Shown: positions 1-10,561, counted from the stretch's first letter. The stretch is DNA of 64,000 nt from Clostridia bacterium (GCA_050950825.1 JBMNIH010000003.1:128001-192000), one strand, 5' to 3'. A program made the numbers and translations. The notes: generated by a model not told the origin, from the sequence alone.

Positions 1-187
1 ATTCAAGCATCAGCCGAACCTTGACCAAGCCGCTTCCGTCTTTTAAATTGGTGATAAATACGTCTCCGGGATCGTAGGGTACCGGTTCTTCTTCCGTTAG
101 GCCTTTCGACACGCTGTGAACATAGATTCCGCCGGCTAATAAAACGATAGATAGAACAATAATTAATACTACCAATCCTTTATGCAT
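1..187 (-). CDS. fliL: Flagellar basal body-associated protein FliL (partial, runs off window start)
   Basis: Hand translation from ATG 187: MHKGLVVLIIVLSIVLLAGGIYVH...GDVFITNLKDGSGLVKVRLMLE; single N-terminal TM helix, FxTNL motif, directly downstream of motB. Confidence 0.8.
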   Translation of the reverse strand, partial: MHKGLVVLIIVLSIVLLAGGIYVHSVSKGLTEEEPVPYDPGDVFITNLKDGSGLVKVRLMLE

Positions 188-198
188 TTTACGCGCAT

Positions 199-984
199 TT
201 AATCTCCTTCCTTCGCAATACTTTCAGCCGTCTTGGTGATGACAAAATCAACCCTTCTGTTTTTGCTCCTTCCTTCTTCCGTATCATTATCTGCTATGGG
301 ATGATATTCGCCGTAACCTACCGCCGAAATTTTATCGGTATTAAAATCCTTTTCTTCGATCATATACCGAAGGACGGCAACGGCGCGGTAAACCGAAAGC
401 TCCCAATTGGAAGGATATCGCCATGTGTTGATGGGTCGATTGTCCGTATGACCCTCGATCCTTACCATGGTGATTTCGTCTTCGTACTCCGTCAATACAT
501 CCGTCATGTTGTCCAGTATGTACAAGTAATCCTCTTTCAGCTCCGCCGAACCGGAATCGAACATTACGTTATCCATAAAACGGATGACAATCTCCAAACC
601 CTGTTTCGATACATCGATAACGCTTTCCAGGCCGCTTTCCCGGATCGAAGCCAAAATTCCTCTGTAGAGAGGGTCGATGTCCGGTATGACAAAATCAATT
701 TCGGCCCCTTTGTAATTTTTTTCTCCTTCGCCTTCTTCCTCCGCCGCTCCCTGTTTTCCCTCATCAATCCTGAAGACGTCCCCGGGAACCTCTTCGCCGA
801 TAGAAGGCCGGGTAGAATAGGAACCGGTGAAAGCCTCTACAAGGGACTGCCACTTTTGCTCGCTGATGGATGAAGCGGAATAAAGGAATACAAAGAAAGT
901 CAACAACAGCGTAACCATATCTCCGTATGTATCCATCCAGTTGGCGCCCGAAGAAGAGCCGCCGTCTTTCTTATTCCTTGCCAT
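199..984 (-). CDS. motB: Flagellar stator subunit MotB
   Basis: WMDTYGDMVTLLLTFF TM motif with conserved Asp; OmpA-like C-terminus (EGHTDN, NWELS, NRRV). Confidence 0.95.
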   Translation of the reverse strand: MARNKKDGGSSSGANWMDTYGDMVTLLLTFFVFLYSASSISEQKWQSLVEAFTGSYSTRPSIGEEVPGDVFRIDEGKQGAAEEEGEGEKNYKGAEIDFVIPDIDPLYRGILASIRESGLESVIDVSKQGLEIVIRFMDNVMFDSGSAELKEDYLYILDNMTDVLTEYEDEITMVRIEGHTDNRPINTWRYPSNWELSVYRAVAVLRYMIEEKDFNTDKISAVGYGEYHPIADNDTEEGRSKNRRVDFVITKTAESIAKEGD

Positions 985-1808
985 TACGCACTCCTCTCGG
1001 CGGCCTCCCGAACAGGGATACGATGTTCTTCCGTCGCTTGATTTTCACGTTCCATCTCCGCGATTTCCGTCTCGGATAAAAAGGCTTTCAGCTTTTGTTC
1101 GATAACACGAGGATTGAGTCCGGCTTGTATGGCTAAAACGCCTTCAAGGATCATGGCTTTATGTCTCATTTCAAGCTCCGTTCGTTCCTTCAGCCTTTTT
1201 GCAAGCGGCGTAAGAACCAAGTTGGCCATAATAACACCGTAGAAGGTGGTTATCAAAGCGACCGCCATATTTAAACCCAAAGAATCGATGTTATTCAAGT
1301 TTCTCAACATATTAATCAGACCGATCAATGTACCCACCATTCCGAATGCCGGAGAATAGGAAGACATGCTCAGAAACACTTCTTGGCCTCTTGTATGCCT
1401 TTCCTCGATGGCGTTCATCTCCGTTTCCATGGTGTTTTTCACCATCTCCGAGTCCGATCCGTCTACGACCATCATGATACCCTTTTTCAAGAAGGTATCG
1501 TTCAGTTTGTAGGCGGCTTCTTCCAAAGCAAGGGTTCCCTCTCTTCTTTGAATCACCGATAAATTCAACAAGGTCTCGATGCTTTCTTTGTAGTCGATTT
1601 CATACTTGCTCCAAGCGATACGGATCATCTTGCCGATGGCAATAAACTGTTTAAAGCTGTAGCTTGCCATGGTTGCACATATGGTGCCTCCTATGGTTAT
1701 GAGAACGGAAGACCACTCCCAATAATCACTCAATTTACCGCTTGTGGCGATGCCGGCGAAAATAGCCAGGAAGCCTAATAACACTCCTATAAAACCTGAT
1801 AAACCCAT
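984..1808 (-). CDS. motA: Flagellar stator subunit MotA
   Basis: PAFGMVGTLIGL and ALITTFYG motifs; coupled to motB. Confidence 0.95.
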   Translation of the reverse strand: MGLSGFIGVLLGFLAIFAGIATSGKLSDYWEWSSVLITIGGTICATMASYSFKQFIAIGKMIRIAWSKYEIDYKESIETLLNLSVIQRREGTLALEEAAYKLNDTFLKKGIMMVVDGSDSEMVKNTMETEMNAIEERHTRGQEVFLSMSSYSPAFGMVGTLIGLINMLRNLNNIDSLGLNMAVALITTFYGVIMANLVLTPLAKRLKERTELEMRHKAMILEGVLAIQAGLNPRVIEQKLKAFLSETEIAEMERENQATEEHRIPVREAAERSA

Positions 1809-1818
1809 ATTGCCTACC

Positions 1819-2031
1819 TCATTCTTTTTTCAAATTATCTCTGCGGGGATATCCGTAAACCTCCCTTTTATACTCCACGATTGTTTTGCGTATTTTGGCA
1901 ACCGACTCCTTGACGATCAATCTTCTTCCTGTAGACATCGATACCACGGTGTCCGGAGTCTCTTCCAAAAACTCAATGAAATCGGGGTTTACATAAATAA
2001 CCGAATTGTTGATTCTCGTTAGCTTGATCAT
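1819..2031 (-). CDS. flbD: Flagellar protein FlbD/SwrD family
   Basis: MIKLTRIN...VNPDFIEFLEETPDT...VKES; typical position between flgE and motA. Confidence 0.9.
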   Translation of the reverse strand: MIKLTRINNSVIYVNPDFIEFLEETPDTVVSMSTGRRLIVKESVAKIRKTIVEYKREVYGYPRRDNLKKE

Positions 2032-2072
2032 TGCCGGCTCCGATTGTCCTTACCCTATTGTTTCCTACGGTT

Positions 2073-2885
2073 TTAGCGCTTCAGGTTCACGACTTCTTCC
2101 AGCATGGAATCCGAAGTGGTAATCACGCGTGCATTCGCCTGGAAGCCTCTTTGGGTAACGATCATATCGGAAAACTCGTTTGTCAAATCCACATTGGACA
2201 GCTCCAACGTACCCGGCAAAACGGTTCCCGCTCCGTTCGCTCCGGGCGAACAATACACGGTTCCGGGGCTCTTCGGATTACCCGAGGCCGGCGTTGCCTG
2301 ATACAAGGATTCTCCGGCTTTGGAAAGCCCGCTGTTGTTGGGGAATACGGCGATTCCGATTTTGGCTATAACTTGGGTGGTCTTGGTAACCGTATGGGTT
2401 CCTACCACATCCCCCGATTCGTTGATGCCGATATCGGTGTATTCTGCGGGTATCGTGATGTTTAAGCCGTTCACATCCACAACAAACAATCCGTTTGCAT
2501 TGACTAAGCGTCCGTTGTTGTCGATATGGAAATTTCCCGCACGGGTATAGAACACATTGCCGAGGTTGTCTCTTACGACAAAGAAGCCGTCCCCGTTGAT
2601 GGATAGATCCAAAGGATAGTCCGTTCTTTGCACGCCGCCCGTTGTGTGAATCGTATCGATGGAAGCGACCGAAGACCCGTGGCCTACCTGCGAAGGATTC
2701 GTTCCGCCCGTAATCAGGCCGCCGCCTTCGGCTTTTTTCAATGTTTGGTTGAAGGTGTCTTGGAATGTAACTCTTTCGGATTTATATGCCACCGTATTGA
2801 CGTTGGCGATGTTGTTGCCGATAACATCCATTCTCGTTTGGTGATTTTTTAATCCGGATACTCCGGAAAGCAGTGAACGCATCAT
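2073..2885 (-). CDS. flgE: Flagellar hook protein (short Firmicute FlgE type)
   Basis: MMRSLLSGVSGL...IGNNIANVNT; C-terminal LELSNVDL..QRGFQANAR; follows flgD. Confidence 0.9.
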   Translation of the reverse strand: MMRSLLSGVSGLKNHQTRMDVIGNNIANVNTVAYKSERVTFQDTFNQTLKKAEGGGLITGGTNPSQVGHGSSVASIDTIHTTGGVQRTDYPLDLSINGDGFFVVRDNLGNVFYTRAGNFHIDNNGRLVNANGLFVVDVNGLNITIPAEYTDIGINESGDVVGTHTVTKTTQVIAKIGIAVFPNNSGLSKAGESLYQATPASGNPKSPGTVYCSPGANGAGTVLPGTLELSNVDLTNEFSDMIVTQRGFQANARVITTSDSMLEEVVNLKR

Positions 2886-2907
2886 TGTGTAATTCCTCCT
2901 CTTTGCT

Positions 2908-3300
2908 TTATTCGTAAACTTCCAGTATGTCGGAAATTTTGATTCTCTTATCGTTTACAACGGCGTATACTTGCCCTTTTTCTATGGACACTTTTTCTAC
3001 GGTTCCCTCTACGTATTCCGTGTAATACGCATTCGAAACCTTCGCCAAAATATTTTTTCCGGTTAAGGACACACCTTTTAAAAAGTCAAACCCGGAATTG
3101 ATCTTTGAGATTTCCTCCGCCATGGAAAATTGCGTCATTTGGGCGATGAACTCGGTATCGTTCATCGGACTCAAAGGATCTTGGTTTTGCAATTGGGCGA
3201 CTAAAATTTTTAAAAAGTCTTCCTTACCAAAAGTGCTTTCCTTTGTTTGGCTGCCGTATGGGATTTGGCCGCCGATTCCGTAAATATTGTTGATCTCCAT
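2908..3300 (-). CDS. flgD: Hook capping protein FlgD
   Basis: FLKILVAQLQNQDPLSPM...AQMTQFS; start moved to ATG 3300 behind a GGAGG RBS. Confidence 0.92.
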   Translation of the reverse strand: MEINNIYGIGGQIPYGSQTKESTFGKEDFLKILVAQLQNQDPLSPMNDTEFIAQMTQFSMAEEISKINSGFDFLKGVSLTGKNILAKVSNAYYTEYVEGTVEKVSIEKGQVYAVVNDKRIKISDILEVYE

Positions 3301-3317
3301 ATTATCCTCCACCCGTT

Positions 3318-4817
3318 TTAAATCAGTATGTTTACCCTATCGGCGCTTACATAGGATAAAGCTTGGCCGGTATGAATCTTTTCTTGTTTTCCGTCCGTCG
3401 GATTTTCAAAGAACCCGGAATATCTTTCATCTCCTTCAAAGGCCCGCCCCTGTTCGCCGTTGTCTCGGTACAAAAGACCGTTCGAAAGACTTCCTTCTTC
3501 CGAAAAACCGGAAAGCTCGATTTCTTTTACGTCCACACCCCGGACTTTTAGATTTTGGCTTATGAACGACAATTTTTCATTCAACACGTTTTGCACCGAT
3601 TCATCTGACGCCTTGATTTTAATCGTCAGCCTCTTGCCCTCTTCACGAATCGTGATGTGAAGGTCTCCTAAATGCTCGGGAACCAATCGTACGCTCATCT
3701 GCCGCGTTCCCTGCTCGGTTCTTTGTGTCAAGGCGTCCGTTATGCATTTTTCAACTTGCCTTATATCCAACTCGCTTTCCGTATCTTGTAAGGAGTTTGT
3801 TTCCTTCGCAAAAACCGATGCCGTATGGTGAAGCTCTTCCGAAAAGGACGTATCCTCAAGACGGTACGCCTTGTTTGTCGATCCGGAATCTCCTTCAACG
3901 TTTTTACCGTTTCCCGTAGCCGAAAAGAAGGCTTTCTCCTTCCGAGCAACGCTTATCGGTTCATCCGTTCGAAGGGCTTTTACATGAACCGAATCTTTTC
4001 CCGGAGCCTCTTCCGAAGAATTTTCATATATTTTTGCTTCCACGCTTTTTCCGGCTGTCGAAAAGCCTTGTATTTTAAGTGCCGATTCGCCGGAAGCCGG
4101 CCGTCTTTCTTGTAAAACAACCGAGTCCTCGGTTGCGGCTTTCTTGGGCTCGACAAGAGACGTTTCAAGCATCGGTTTTCCTTTGTCGCTTTCGATCTTT
4201 CGACCTTCCGAAAATAGGGGCGGCCGCTTATTGCCATCGAATGCAAAACGCATATCGTCGGCAACCGGGTTAGGCTCGTCAAAGGAATTGTTTTTGCTTT
4301 CGCCTGCAGGAAACCGCACCGGTGCATCCTCAAAGGCTTGTGGCTGCTCGGCAAAAGCGACTTTTATACTTTCTTTCTCATCGGCATTTTGCGCCTTTTG
4401 ACCGAACATGAAAACGTCTTGCTTCGGGTGAATCAAAGCCCCGTCGGAAGCGATACCGGCAGGCTCTTCCGTCATAACGGCCCCTTGGGATTTTGCCGCG
4501 TTTTCAAGAAGGATGGAAGGTGCATTTTTCATGCCTGCTTCAAAAGCAAATCCTTTTTGTCCCGGAATGCCGAATGCAGGTTCCGTCAAAAGATGATCCG
4601 AGCCCTTCGTATCGACAGTCTCCGCCGTTCGGGCCGGAACCGGGAAGGCTGCACTTGCAAGGATCGCCAAAGCCTCCGGATCCTTTTCATCTTCCGAATA
4701 CGAATCGTTCAGGATCGATAAAAACAAATCCGAGAATAAAGCGGAATCCTCTTTTGCCTTGGAAGCTTCTTTCGGGTATTGCCCTCTTTCAATCTCTCCG
4801 GTATGTATGCGAATCAT
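3318..4817 (-). CDS. fliK: Hook-length control protein FliK
   Basis: Low-complexity N-terminus; C-terminal LVPEHLGDLHI (LxPxxLG) motif; upstream of flgD. Confidence 0.85.
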   Translation of the reverse strand: MIRIHTGEIERGQYPKEASKAKEDSALFSDLFLSILNDSYSEDEKDPEALAILASAAFPVPARTAETVDTKGSDHLLTEPAFGIPGQKGFAFEAGMKNAPSILLENAAKSQGAVMTEEPAGIASDGALIHPKQDVFMFGQKAQNADEKESIKVAFAEQPQAFEDAPVRFPAGESKNNSFDEPNPVADDMRFAFDGNKRPPLFSEGRKIESDKGKPMLETSLVEPKKAATEDSVVLQERRPASGESALKIQGFSTAGKSVEAKIYENSSEEAPGKDSVHVKALRTDEPISVARKEKAFFSATGNGKNVEGDSGSTNKAYRLEDTSFSEELHHTASVFAKETNSLQDTESELDIRQVEKCITDALTQRTEQGTRQMSVRLVPEHLGDLHITIREEGKRLTIKIKASDESVQNVLNEKLSFISQNLKVRGVDVKEIELSGFSEEGSLSNGLLYRDNGEQGRAFEGDERYSGFFENPTDGKQEKIHTGQALSYVSADRVNILI

Positions 4818-5470
4818 TTTGTCCCTCCTTTCCCGCTAATTTCTTTCATGATATTGGCCGCTTTCTCGGCGTCCATAAAGCTTAAAATGCCCGCTGCGGA
4901 AGAGGATTTCATGGATTTTAATATATCGGCTATCATCCGGTCGTCCTCTTGCTTTTCCATAATGCTTGCCGCTACCCGCGGTTCCATGGATTTATAGATA
5001 TCGACCAGGCTTTTCAATGCTTCCGATTCTTCCGTAGCCTTTTCGGCCATTTTTGCCAGCCTATCTTCTTCCGTTTGCAGCAATTCATATGCCTTGTCCA
5101 AATCGTTCTGTTTTTTATTCAAGTCCGCTTCTTTTCTTTTTAAGCTCGTTTCCAAAAGCCTTAATTCTTCTTCTTTTTCTTGAAGAGACATTTTTTCTTT
5201 CCGGATCTCTTCGATCTCTTCAAGATAAAGGGTATCGTTGGTTCGTAATATCCTCAAGACTTCGGTTCCCAGGTTCCGGAAGTTGAAATAGACGAGGGCT
5301 AAACAGGCGGAAAAGAGTGTCAAAAAAACCAAAGCGGTTGCAAAGGAAGCCAAAGCGGGACTTACTTTTTTCACCGTTTTCTTACGGCTTACGCCTTTGT
5401 TTTGATTCCGATGCATAGGTATCACGGTACCTTGCTTTGCGCTACTCATTCGAGAATCGTCCTCCTTCAA
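4814..5470 (-). CDS. YlxF/MotE/FlbB-like flagellar protein (TM, coiled coil, MgtE-N-like repeats)
   Basis: IYKSMEPRVAASI...ILSFMDAEKAA repeats; between fliJ and fliK. Confidence 0.75.
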   Translation of the reverse strand: MKEDDSRMSSAKQGTVIPMHRNQNKGVSRKKTVKKVSPALASFATALVFLTLFSACLALVYFNFRNLGTEVLRILRTNDTLYLEEIEEIRKEKMSLQEKEEELRLLETSLKRKEADLNKKQNDLDKAYELLQTEEDRLAKMAEKATEESEALKSLVDIYKSMEPRVAASIMEKQEDDRMIADILKSMKSSSAAGILSFMDAEKAANIMKEISGKGGTK

Positions 5471-5910
5471 AAACTTCCTTTGACAGCCGTTTTACCGGAT
5501 ACAATGTCTTCCAATTCCTTTTCTCCTGCTCGTGCAAGCTCCGCTAAATACTCTTCGTACTGCTTCACCTTCAGCTTTTCCAACGTCTTTTTCTCTATCG
5601 TAATGTCCAAAAGCTCTTTTTGTACTCGAGCCAATTCCTTCTTAATCTCTTCCGCTCTTCTTTTTAAATCTTGTCTTTTGTTTTCCAAGGACCGGTAGTG
5701 GTTTTCGAATATCTTCATATCTCCTGCCGTCATCCCGAATTTGGATAAATACTCTTCCTTCACCTTTGTTTTTTCGTCTTCCGTCTTTTGTATTTGCTTA
5801 TAGTAAGAGGTTAACCGTTGAAGAAGCTCGGCCTGCTTGTTTTTCAGTTGTTTTTCCATGGATACCTTGATCTTTAACAAGGGCTCCAAGGTAAATGCAA
5901 ACCTTTTCAT
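5467..5910 (-). CDS. fliJ: Flagellar export protein FliJ
   Basis: MKRFAFTLEPLLKIK...EKKTLEKLK coiled coil; follows fliI. Confidence 0.88.
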   Translation of the reverse strand: MKRFAFTLEPLLKIKVSMEKQLKNKQAELLQRLTSYYKQIQKTEDEKTKVKEEYLSKFGMTAGDMKIFENHYRSLENKRQDLKRRAEEIKKELARVQKELLDITIEKKTLEKLKVKQYEEYLAELARAGEKELEDIVSGKTAVKGSF

Positions 5911-5913
5911 TTG

Positions 5914-7239
5914 CTACTCTCCTGCAAAAATGTCTCTGATGATGTTCAATGTATCCTCAAAAGCAAACCCCTCTTCGATTCCCTGGCAGAGAAAGGCTTC
6001 GATTTCTTTATGAAGGTCAATGCTTCGGTCGATCTCGGGGTTCGTACCCTTTTTATACGCACCGATCGTAATCAAATCGTATACATCCCTGTATACCGAC
6101 ATGACTCCTCGTACCTTATTGGCAAGGGTGATATGTTCTTTGCTTACGATATCCGGCATCACTCTGCTTACGCTTGCCAATATATCGATGGCGGGATAAT
6201 GATTACGATTGGCCAAGGCTCTCGATAAAACGATATGTCCGTCCAAAATTCCGCGAACCGTATCGGCGATAGGCTCATTCATATCGTCCCCGTCCACCAG
6301 CACGGTGTAGATTCCGGTTATGGATCCTTTATCGGAGTTTCCGGTCCTCTCTAACAAACGAGGCAGCGTTGCAAACACCGACGGGGTGTATCCTCTGGAT
6401 ACCGGCGGTTCTCCCGAGGTCATTCCGATTTCTCTTTGGGCCATGGCAAATCGGGTCAGCGAGTCCATTAAAAACAATACGTTCAATCCCTTATCTCGAA
6501 AGTATTCCGCAAGGGAGGTCCCGATCATTGCCGCCCTGACTCTTACTAACGCCGGGCGGTCGGAGGTAGCGATCACCAATACGGATTTTTTAAGGCCTTC
6601 TTCCTTTAAGTCTTTTTCGATAAAGTCACGAACCTCTCTGCCTCTTTCGCCTACCAAGGTGATGACGTTAACATCGGCCTTTGCGTTTCGGGCGATCATC
6701 CCTAAAAGCGTGCTTTTTCCCACACCGGATCCGGCAAACAGGCCGATTCTCTGCCCTCGTCCGCATGTTAAAAGACCGTCGATGGCCTTGATACCCAAGG
6801 GAAGAACCTCTCGAATCCTTTCTCTTTTAAGGGGATCCGGGGGAGAATTGTCTACATTGTAGTATTCGACGGTGCGAATATCGCCCTTATCGTCCATCGG
6901 TTTTCCCAAGCCGTCCAAGATTCTTCCGATGAATCCCATGCCCACCGGAACCGTCAACGCCCTGTTGGTGGAAACCACCTTGCTGCCGGGACCGATGCAG
7001 GACAGCTCCCCGTAGGGCATCAATAGGATATTGTTGTCTTTAAAACCGACAACCTCCGCCTCCACCGGATTCGCATCCTCCTTTAACGGATAGATCAGGC
7101 AAACCTCTCCGACCCTTGCATGAGGGCCGATGGATTCAACGGTCAAACCGATGACCCGGCACACTTCCCCGTAGTATGATACGGATTCCGTATTTTCCAG
7201 AATTTTTTCATACTCTTTAAAATCAAAGGAAATGTTCAC
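5914..7239 (-). CDS. fliI: Flagellar export ATPase FliI
   Basis: Walker A AGSGVGKS, GERGREV, MDSLTRFAMA. Confidence 0.97.
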   Translation of the reverse strand: MNISFDFKEYEKILENTESVSYYGEVCRVIGLTVESIGPHARVGEVCLIYPLKEDANPVEAEVVGFKDNNILLMPYGELSCIGPGSKVVSTNRALTVPVGMGFIGRILDGLGKPMDDKGDIRTVEYYNVDNSPPDPLKRERIREVLPLGIKAIDGLLTCGRGQRIGLFAGSGVGKSTLLGMIARNAKADVNVITLVGERGREVRDFIEKDLKEEGLKKSVLVIATSDRPALVRVRAAMIGTSLAEYFRDKGLNVLFLMDSLTRFAMAQREIGMTSGEPPVSRGYTPSVFATLPRLLERTGNSDKGSITGIYTVLVDGDDMNEPIADTVRGILDGHIVLSRALANRNHYPAIDILASVSRVMPDIVSKEHITLANKVRGVMSVYRDVYDLITIGAYKKGTNPEIDRSIDLHKEIEAFLCQGIEEGFAFEDTLNIIRDIFAGE

Positions 7240-7240
7240 A

Positions 7241-7969
7241 TCAAACTCCTAACGCCTCTTTAATATTGTCTAACTGCGTGGACACGCTTGCATCGATTTT
7301 TCCTTTAGAGGTATGAAGGATGCAATCGCCTTTTTTCAAGCTGTCGTCTTTTTCAAAGACGACGTCGGTAAAGTATTCCGCTTTAAACCGCTCTTGCTTG
7401 TCCCCTTCGAAGAATCGTTCGTAATCCGTTTCGCTGACGCTGATTTTAATTTTATCTTCCCAGGTCACTTTCTTAATGGCATTTAAAACCAAGGATTGGA
7501 ACACCTTCTCGTTCCTGCTCAGCTGGTAGCCCAAAATCTTTTCGGCTACATTCATGGACAAGTTCAAAATTTCCGTATGGACCGAATTCAGTATTTCCGT
7601 CTTTTCTTTGTACGCCTGTTCTAAGATCTTGTTCTTTTCCGACTCGGCCGACTCCACCAAATACGCCGATTTTTCTTCCCCTAATGCCAACCCTTTTTGG
7701 TAGCCTTCCTCCCTTGCTTTTTCGAAGATCACGGTAGACATTTCTCTTGCTTCGTTCAATATTTCTTGAGCTTCGGCTCTGGCATTGGCAACGATGGACA
7801 AAGCTAACTTTTTCGATCTTTGGATAAGAGCTTCGCTTTGGGCTTTCGCTTGTTCATACAGCCTGTCGGCATCTTCCTCTTGGCAACGTCTTGTCGTCGA
7901 TTTTATCAATACCTTCGGCATGTCCTGCAAGATATCGCTGACTTCTTGTGCTTTTAAAATCTTAACCAA
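7241..7969 (-). CDS. fliH: Flagellar assembly protein FliH
   Basis: AREEGYQKG GxxxG repeats; GDCILHTSKGKIDAS C-terminus; between fliG and fliI. Confidence 0.88.
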   Translation of the reverse strand: MVKILKAQEVSDILQDMPKVLIKSTTRRCQEEDADRLYEQAKAQSEALIQRSKKLALSIVANARAEAQEILNEAREMSTVIFEKAREEGYQKGLALGEEKSAYLVESAESEKNKILEQAYKEKTEILNSVHTEILNLSMNVAEKILGYQLSRNEKVFQSLVLNAIKKVTWEDKIKISVSETDYERFFEGDKQERFKAEYFTDVVFEKDDSLKKGDCILHTSKGKIDASVSTQLDNIKEALGV

Positions 7970-8984
7970 CTAACTTCTCCTCCTGCCCTCTTATGATGAA
8001 AATTTCGCCTTCTTCTTCAAGCTGCCTTACGATGTTCACAATTTGCTGCTGCGCATCCTCCACTTCTTTCATACGAACTTTTCCCATATATTCCATATCG
8101 TCGAGGATATTCTGTTTCATTCTTGAAGACATGTTGTCGAATAAGGCGTTCTTGACCTCCTCCGCAGCATGCTTCAAAGCCGTTGCAAGGACCTTCACAT
8201 CCGTTTCCTTTATCACCCTCTGGATGGAGCGAGGATCCAGCTTGGTAAGGTCTTCGAAAACAAACATTTTCTTGCGGATCTTTTCCGCCAATCCGGTGTC
8301 CTCCTTGAAAAGCGATTCCAAGATATGCTTTTCCGTTGCTCGGTCCACCACGTTCAAGATGTCGACGGCCGACTGCAGCCCGCCGGCTTCCGTAAAATCC
8401 TCCACGAAGGCTGCGGAAAGCTTTCTTTCCAGCATTCTTTCGATCTCCTTTATATATTCCGGACTGGTCTTGTCCATGGTGGCAATCCTTTCGATAACGG
8501 CCGTTTGGTTTTCCTGAGGAAGCATACATAATATTTGGCCCGCTAATTTCGGCGGCAAATAGGAAAGAACGATGGCGATGACTTGAGGACTTTCATGCTG
8601 TATTAATCCTAAAAGCTGATTGGCATCGACCTTGCGTGCAAAATGGAAGGGTTTTTCTTGCAAGGAGGCAGTGAGCCTGTTAAGCAATTCCGCCGTTTTA
8701 TGACTGCCTACGGCTTTTTCCAAGATCTCCTTCGCATACGCAATCCCGCCTTGGGATACGTATTCTTGAATCGCCAGAAGGTCGTAGTATTCGCTCAATA
8801 CTTTTTCCTTGATTTCGGGAGAGACATCCTTAATTTTCGTAATTTCCACCGTCAGCTGCTCGATTTCTTCTTCGGACAAATTTTTCATAATATCCGAGGA
8901 TGTCTCCGGACCTAAGGATATGAGCAATATTGCCACTTTTTCTTTTTCGGTCAAATCGTCGTATATCAGTCCCACTTTGTTCAC
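7962..8984 (-). CDS. fliG: Motor switch protein FliG
   Basis: AILLISLG, ESPQ (EHPQ-like), MFVFEDL, VEDAQQQIV. Confidence 0.97.
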   Translation of the reverse strand: MNKVGLIYDDLTEKEKVAILLISLGPETSSDIMKNLSEEEIEQLTVEITKIKDVSPEIKEKVLSEYYDLLAIQEYVSQGGIAYAKEILEKAVGSHKTAELLNRLTASLQEKPFHFARKVDANQLLGLIQHESPQVIAIVLSYLPPKLAGQILCMLPQENQTAVIERIATMDKTSPEYIKEIERMLERKLSAAFVEDFTEAGGLQSAVDILNVVDRATEKHILESLFKEDTGLAEKIRKKMFVFEDLTKLDPRSIQRVIKETDVKVLATALKHAAEEVKNALFDNMSSRMKQNILDDMEYMGKVRMKEVEDAQQQIVNIVRQLEEEGEIFIIRGQEEKLVG

Positions 8985-8985
8985 C

Positions 8986-10539
8986 TCAATTCCCGTTCAA
9001 TCTGCTCTTGATCAAACGTATGACAATATCCTTATTGCTCCTATAGAATTGCTCGATCTGCTGCCTGTACATTTCCGCCGTTCCGCCGTGCTTCGCATTG
9101 ATCTCGGGGATAACCGTCCTGTCTTCTTGTATTTCGTCCGTTTTTTCCTCCGCCGTTTCATCCCAATCCGTCGTGTCGATAGCCCTGCCGCGATCGGAAA
9201 GCTTCAGAAGAACGATGAATATGCATATGAGTAAAAGTCCCAAAAGCGCATACGTTGCGATTGCTCTGTTTCGGTTTCGCGCTTCGTCTTTGGCGGGAGC
9301 TTGGGTGCCGAACAGGTCTTCGAACTCCCGCACTCCGTTGAATTTCATGGCTTGAACGACAACGGAATCGGGTTCAATCCCCATGGCGCCGGATACCACC
9401 TTTCTCACTTGGTCCAAAACCAACGGATCGTCTTCATAGTCGATTACAACGGATACCGTTAAGTCTTTTATTTCACCTTGGGACTTTTCAATCAGCTCTC
9501 TCGTTTGGTTCACTTCATAATTGACCGTGTTACTGACCTTTTCATAAACGGTCTCGCTTTCATCCTCCGCCGCATATACGGGAGCGCCGCCGTTCGGGTC
9601 CTGCCCCGCAGGAGTTCCCGTACTTTTTTGCTTCGATACTTCCTCCAACCGGTTCAAGCTGACGGCCAAACCTTCATCGTCCACTACCGGTTCGAACTTC
9701 ACGGATTCCGTGGTCCTTTTGTCAAAATCCAACCGAACGTTGACCCCTGCCACCACCTTGCCGTAGCCGAATACCGGCTCAAGAAGGCCGAGCAATTGGT
9801 TTTTAAAATTCTCTTCCACCTGGCGCTCCAGCTCCAACAAGCTTCCGGCTTGACTGAATTCCGTTTCCGTGTTTTGATTCAACACCTGCATGCGTTGATC
9901 CACGATGGTAATATTTTCGGATGTCAAACCGGGTACGCTTTTGGAAACCAGCTCGGTAATGGCATAAACTTGTTGAGGGGATAGCTTGGCATTGTTTTTC
10001 AGTTTTAATAAGACGGATGCCGTGGAAGGCTTTTTGTCTTCCTTCAGCACCACCGAATTGTTATCCGGGATTGTGATCGTAACGATGGCATCTTCTACAA
10101 GATCGATGGACTTGATGGTTTCTTGGAGGCGGTCCTGCAATTGAAATTGCATGTATTTTTGTTTTTCGTATTCCGTGGTACCGAATCCGGTACTGTTTTT
10201 AAATATGTCGTAATTCAAGGCGGTCTTCGGATAGCCTTCGGCAGCCAGGCTTATCCGAAGACGGTCCTCTTGGTTTTTCGGCACTAAAATCGTACCGTTT
10301 TTGCCGACCTTTGCAACCGTACCGCTTTCGGTTAACTTGGTATAGATTTCTCCCGCTTCTTGGTCCGTCAATCCGGAATACAGCACGGAATATTCGGTTC
10401 TGTTCAGCAAAGCGACAGTCAAAATCGTCAGTATGATAATTAGGGACATTAAAACGACAAACCCGATTTTCTTCTTTTTCGATAAACCCGTCCAAAAACT
10501 TGTTACCTGTCCGGATACTTTCTTTAATATTTCCGCCAC
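8986..10539 (-). CDS. fliF: MS-ring protein FliF
   Basis: Two TM helices; STASVLLKL; SKSVPGL; upstream of fliG. Confidence 0.95.
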   Translation of the reverse strand: MAEILKKVSGQVTSFWTGLSKKKKIGFVVLMSLIIILTILTVALLNRTEYSVLYSGLTDQEAGEIYTKLTESGTVAKVGKNGTILVPKNQEDRLRISLAAEGYPKTALNYDIFKNSTGFGTTEYEKQKYMQFQLQDRLQETIKSIDLVEDAIVTITIPDNNSVVLKEDKKPSTASVLLKLKNNAKLSPQQVYAITELVSKSVPGLTSENITIVDQRMQVLNQNTETEFSQAGSLLELERQVEENFKNQLLGLLEPVFGYGKVVAGVNVRLDFDKRTTESVKFEPVVDDEGLAVSLNRLEEVSKQKSTGTPAGQDPNGGAPVYAAEDESETVYEKVSNTVNYEVNQTRELIEKSQGEIKDLTVSVVIDYEDDPLVLDQVRKVVSGAMGIEPDSVVVQAMKFNGVREFEDLFGTQAPAKDEARNRNRAIATYALLGLLLICIFIVLLKLSDRGRAIDTTDWDETAEEKTDEIQEDRTVIPEINAKHGGTAEMYRQQIEQFYRSNKDIVIRLIKSRLNGN

Positions 10540-10561
10540 TGTTAACCCCCCGGATCACTTT

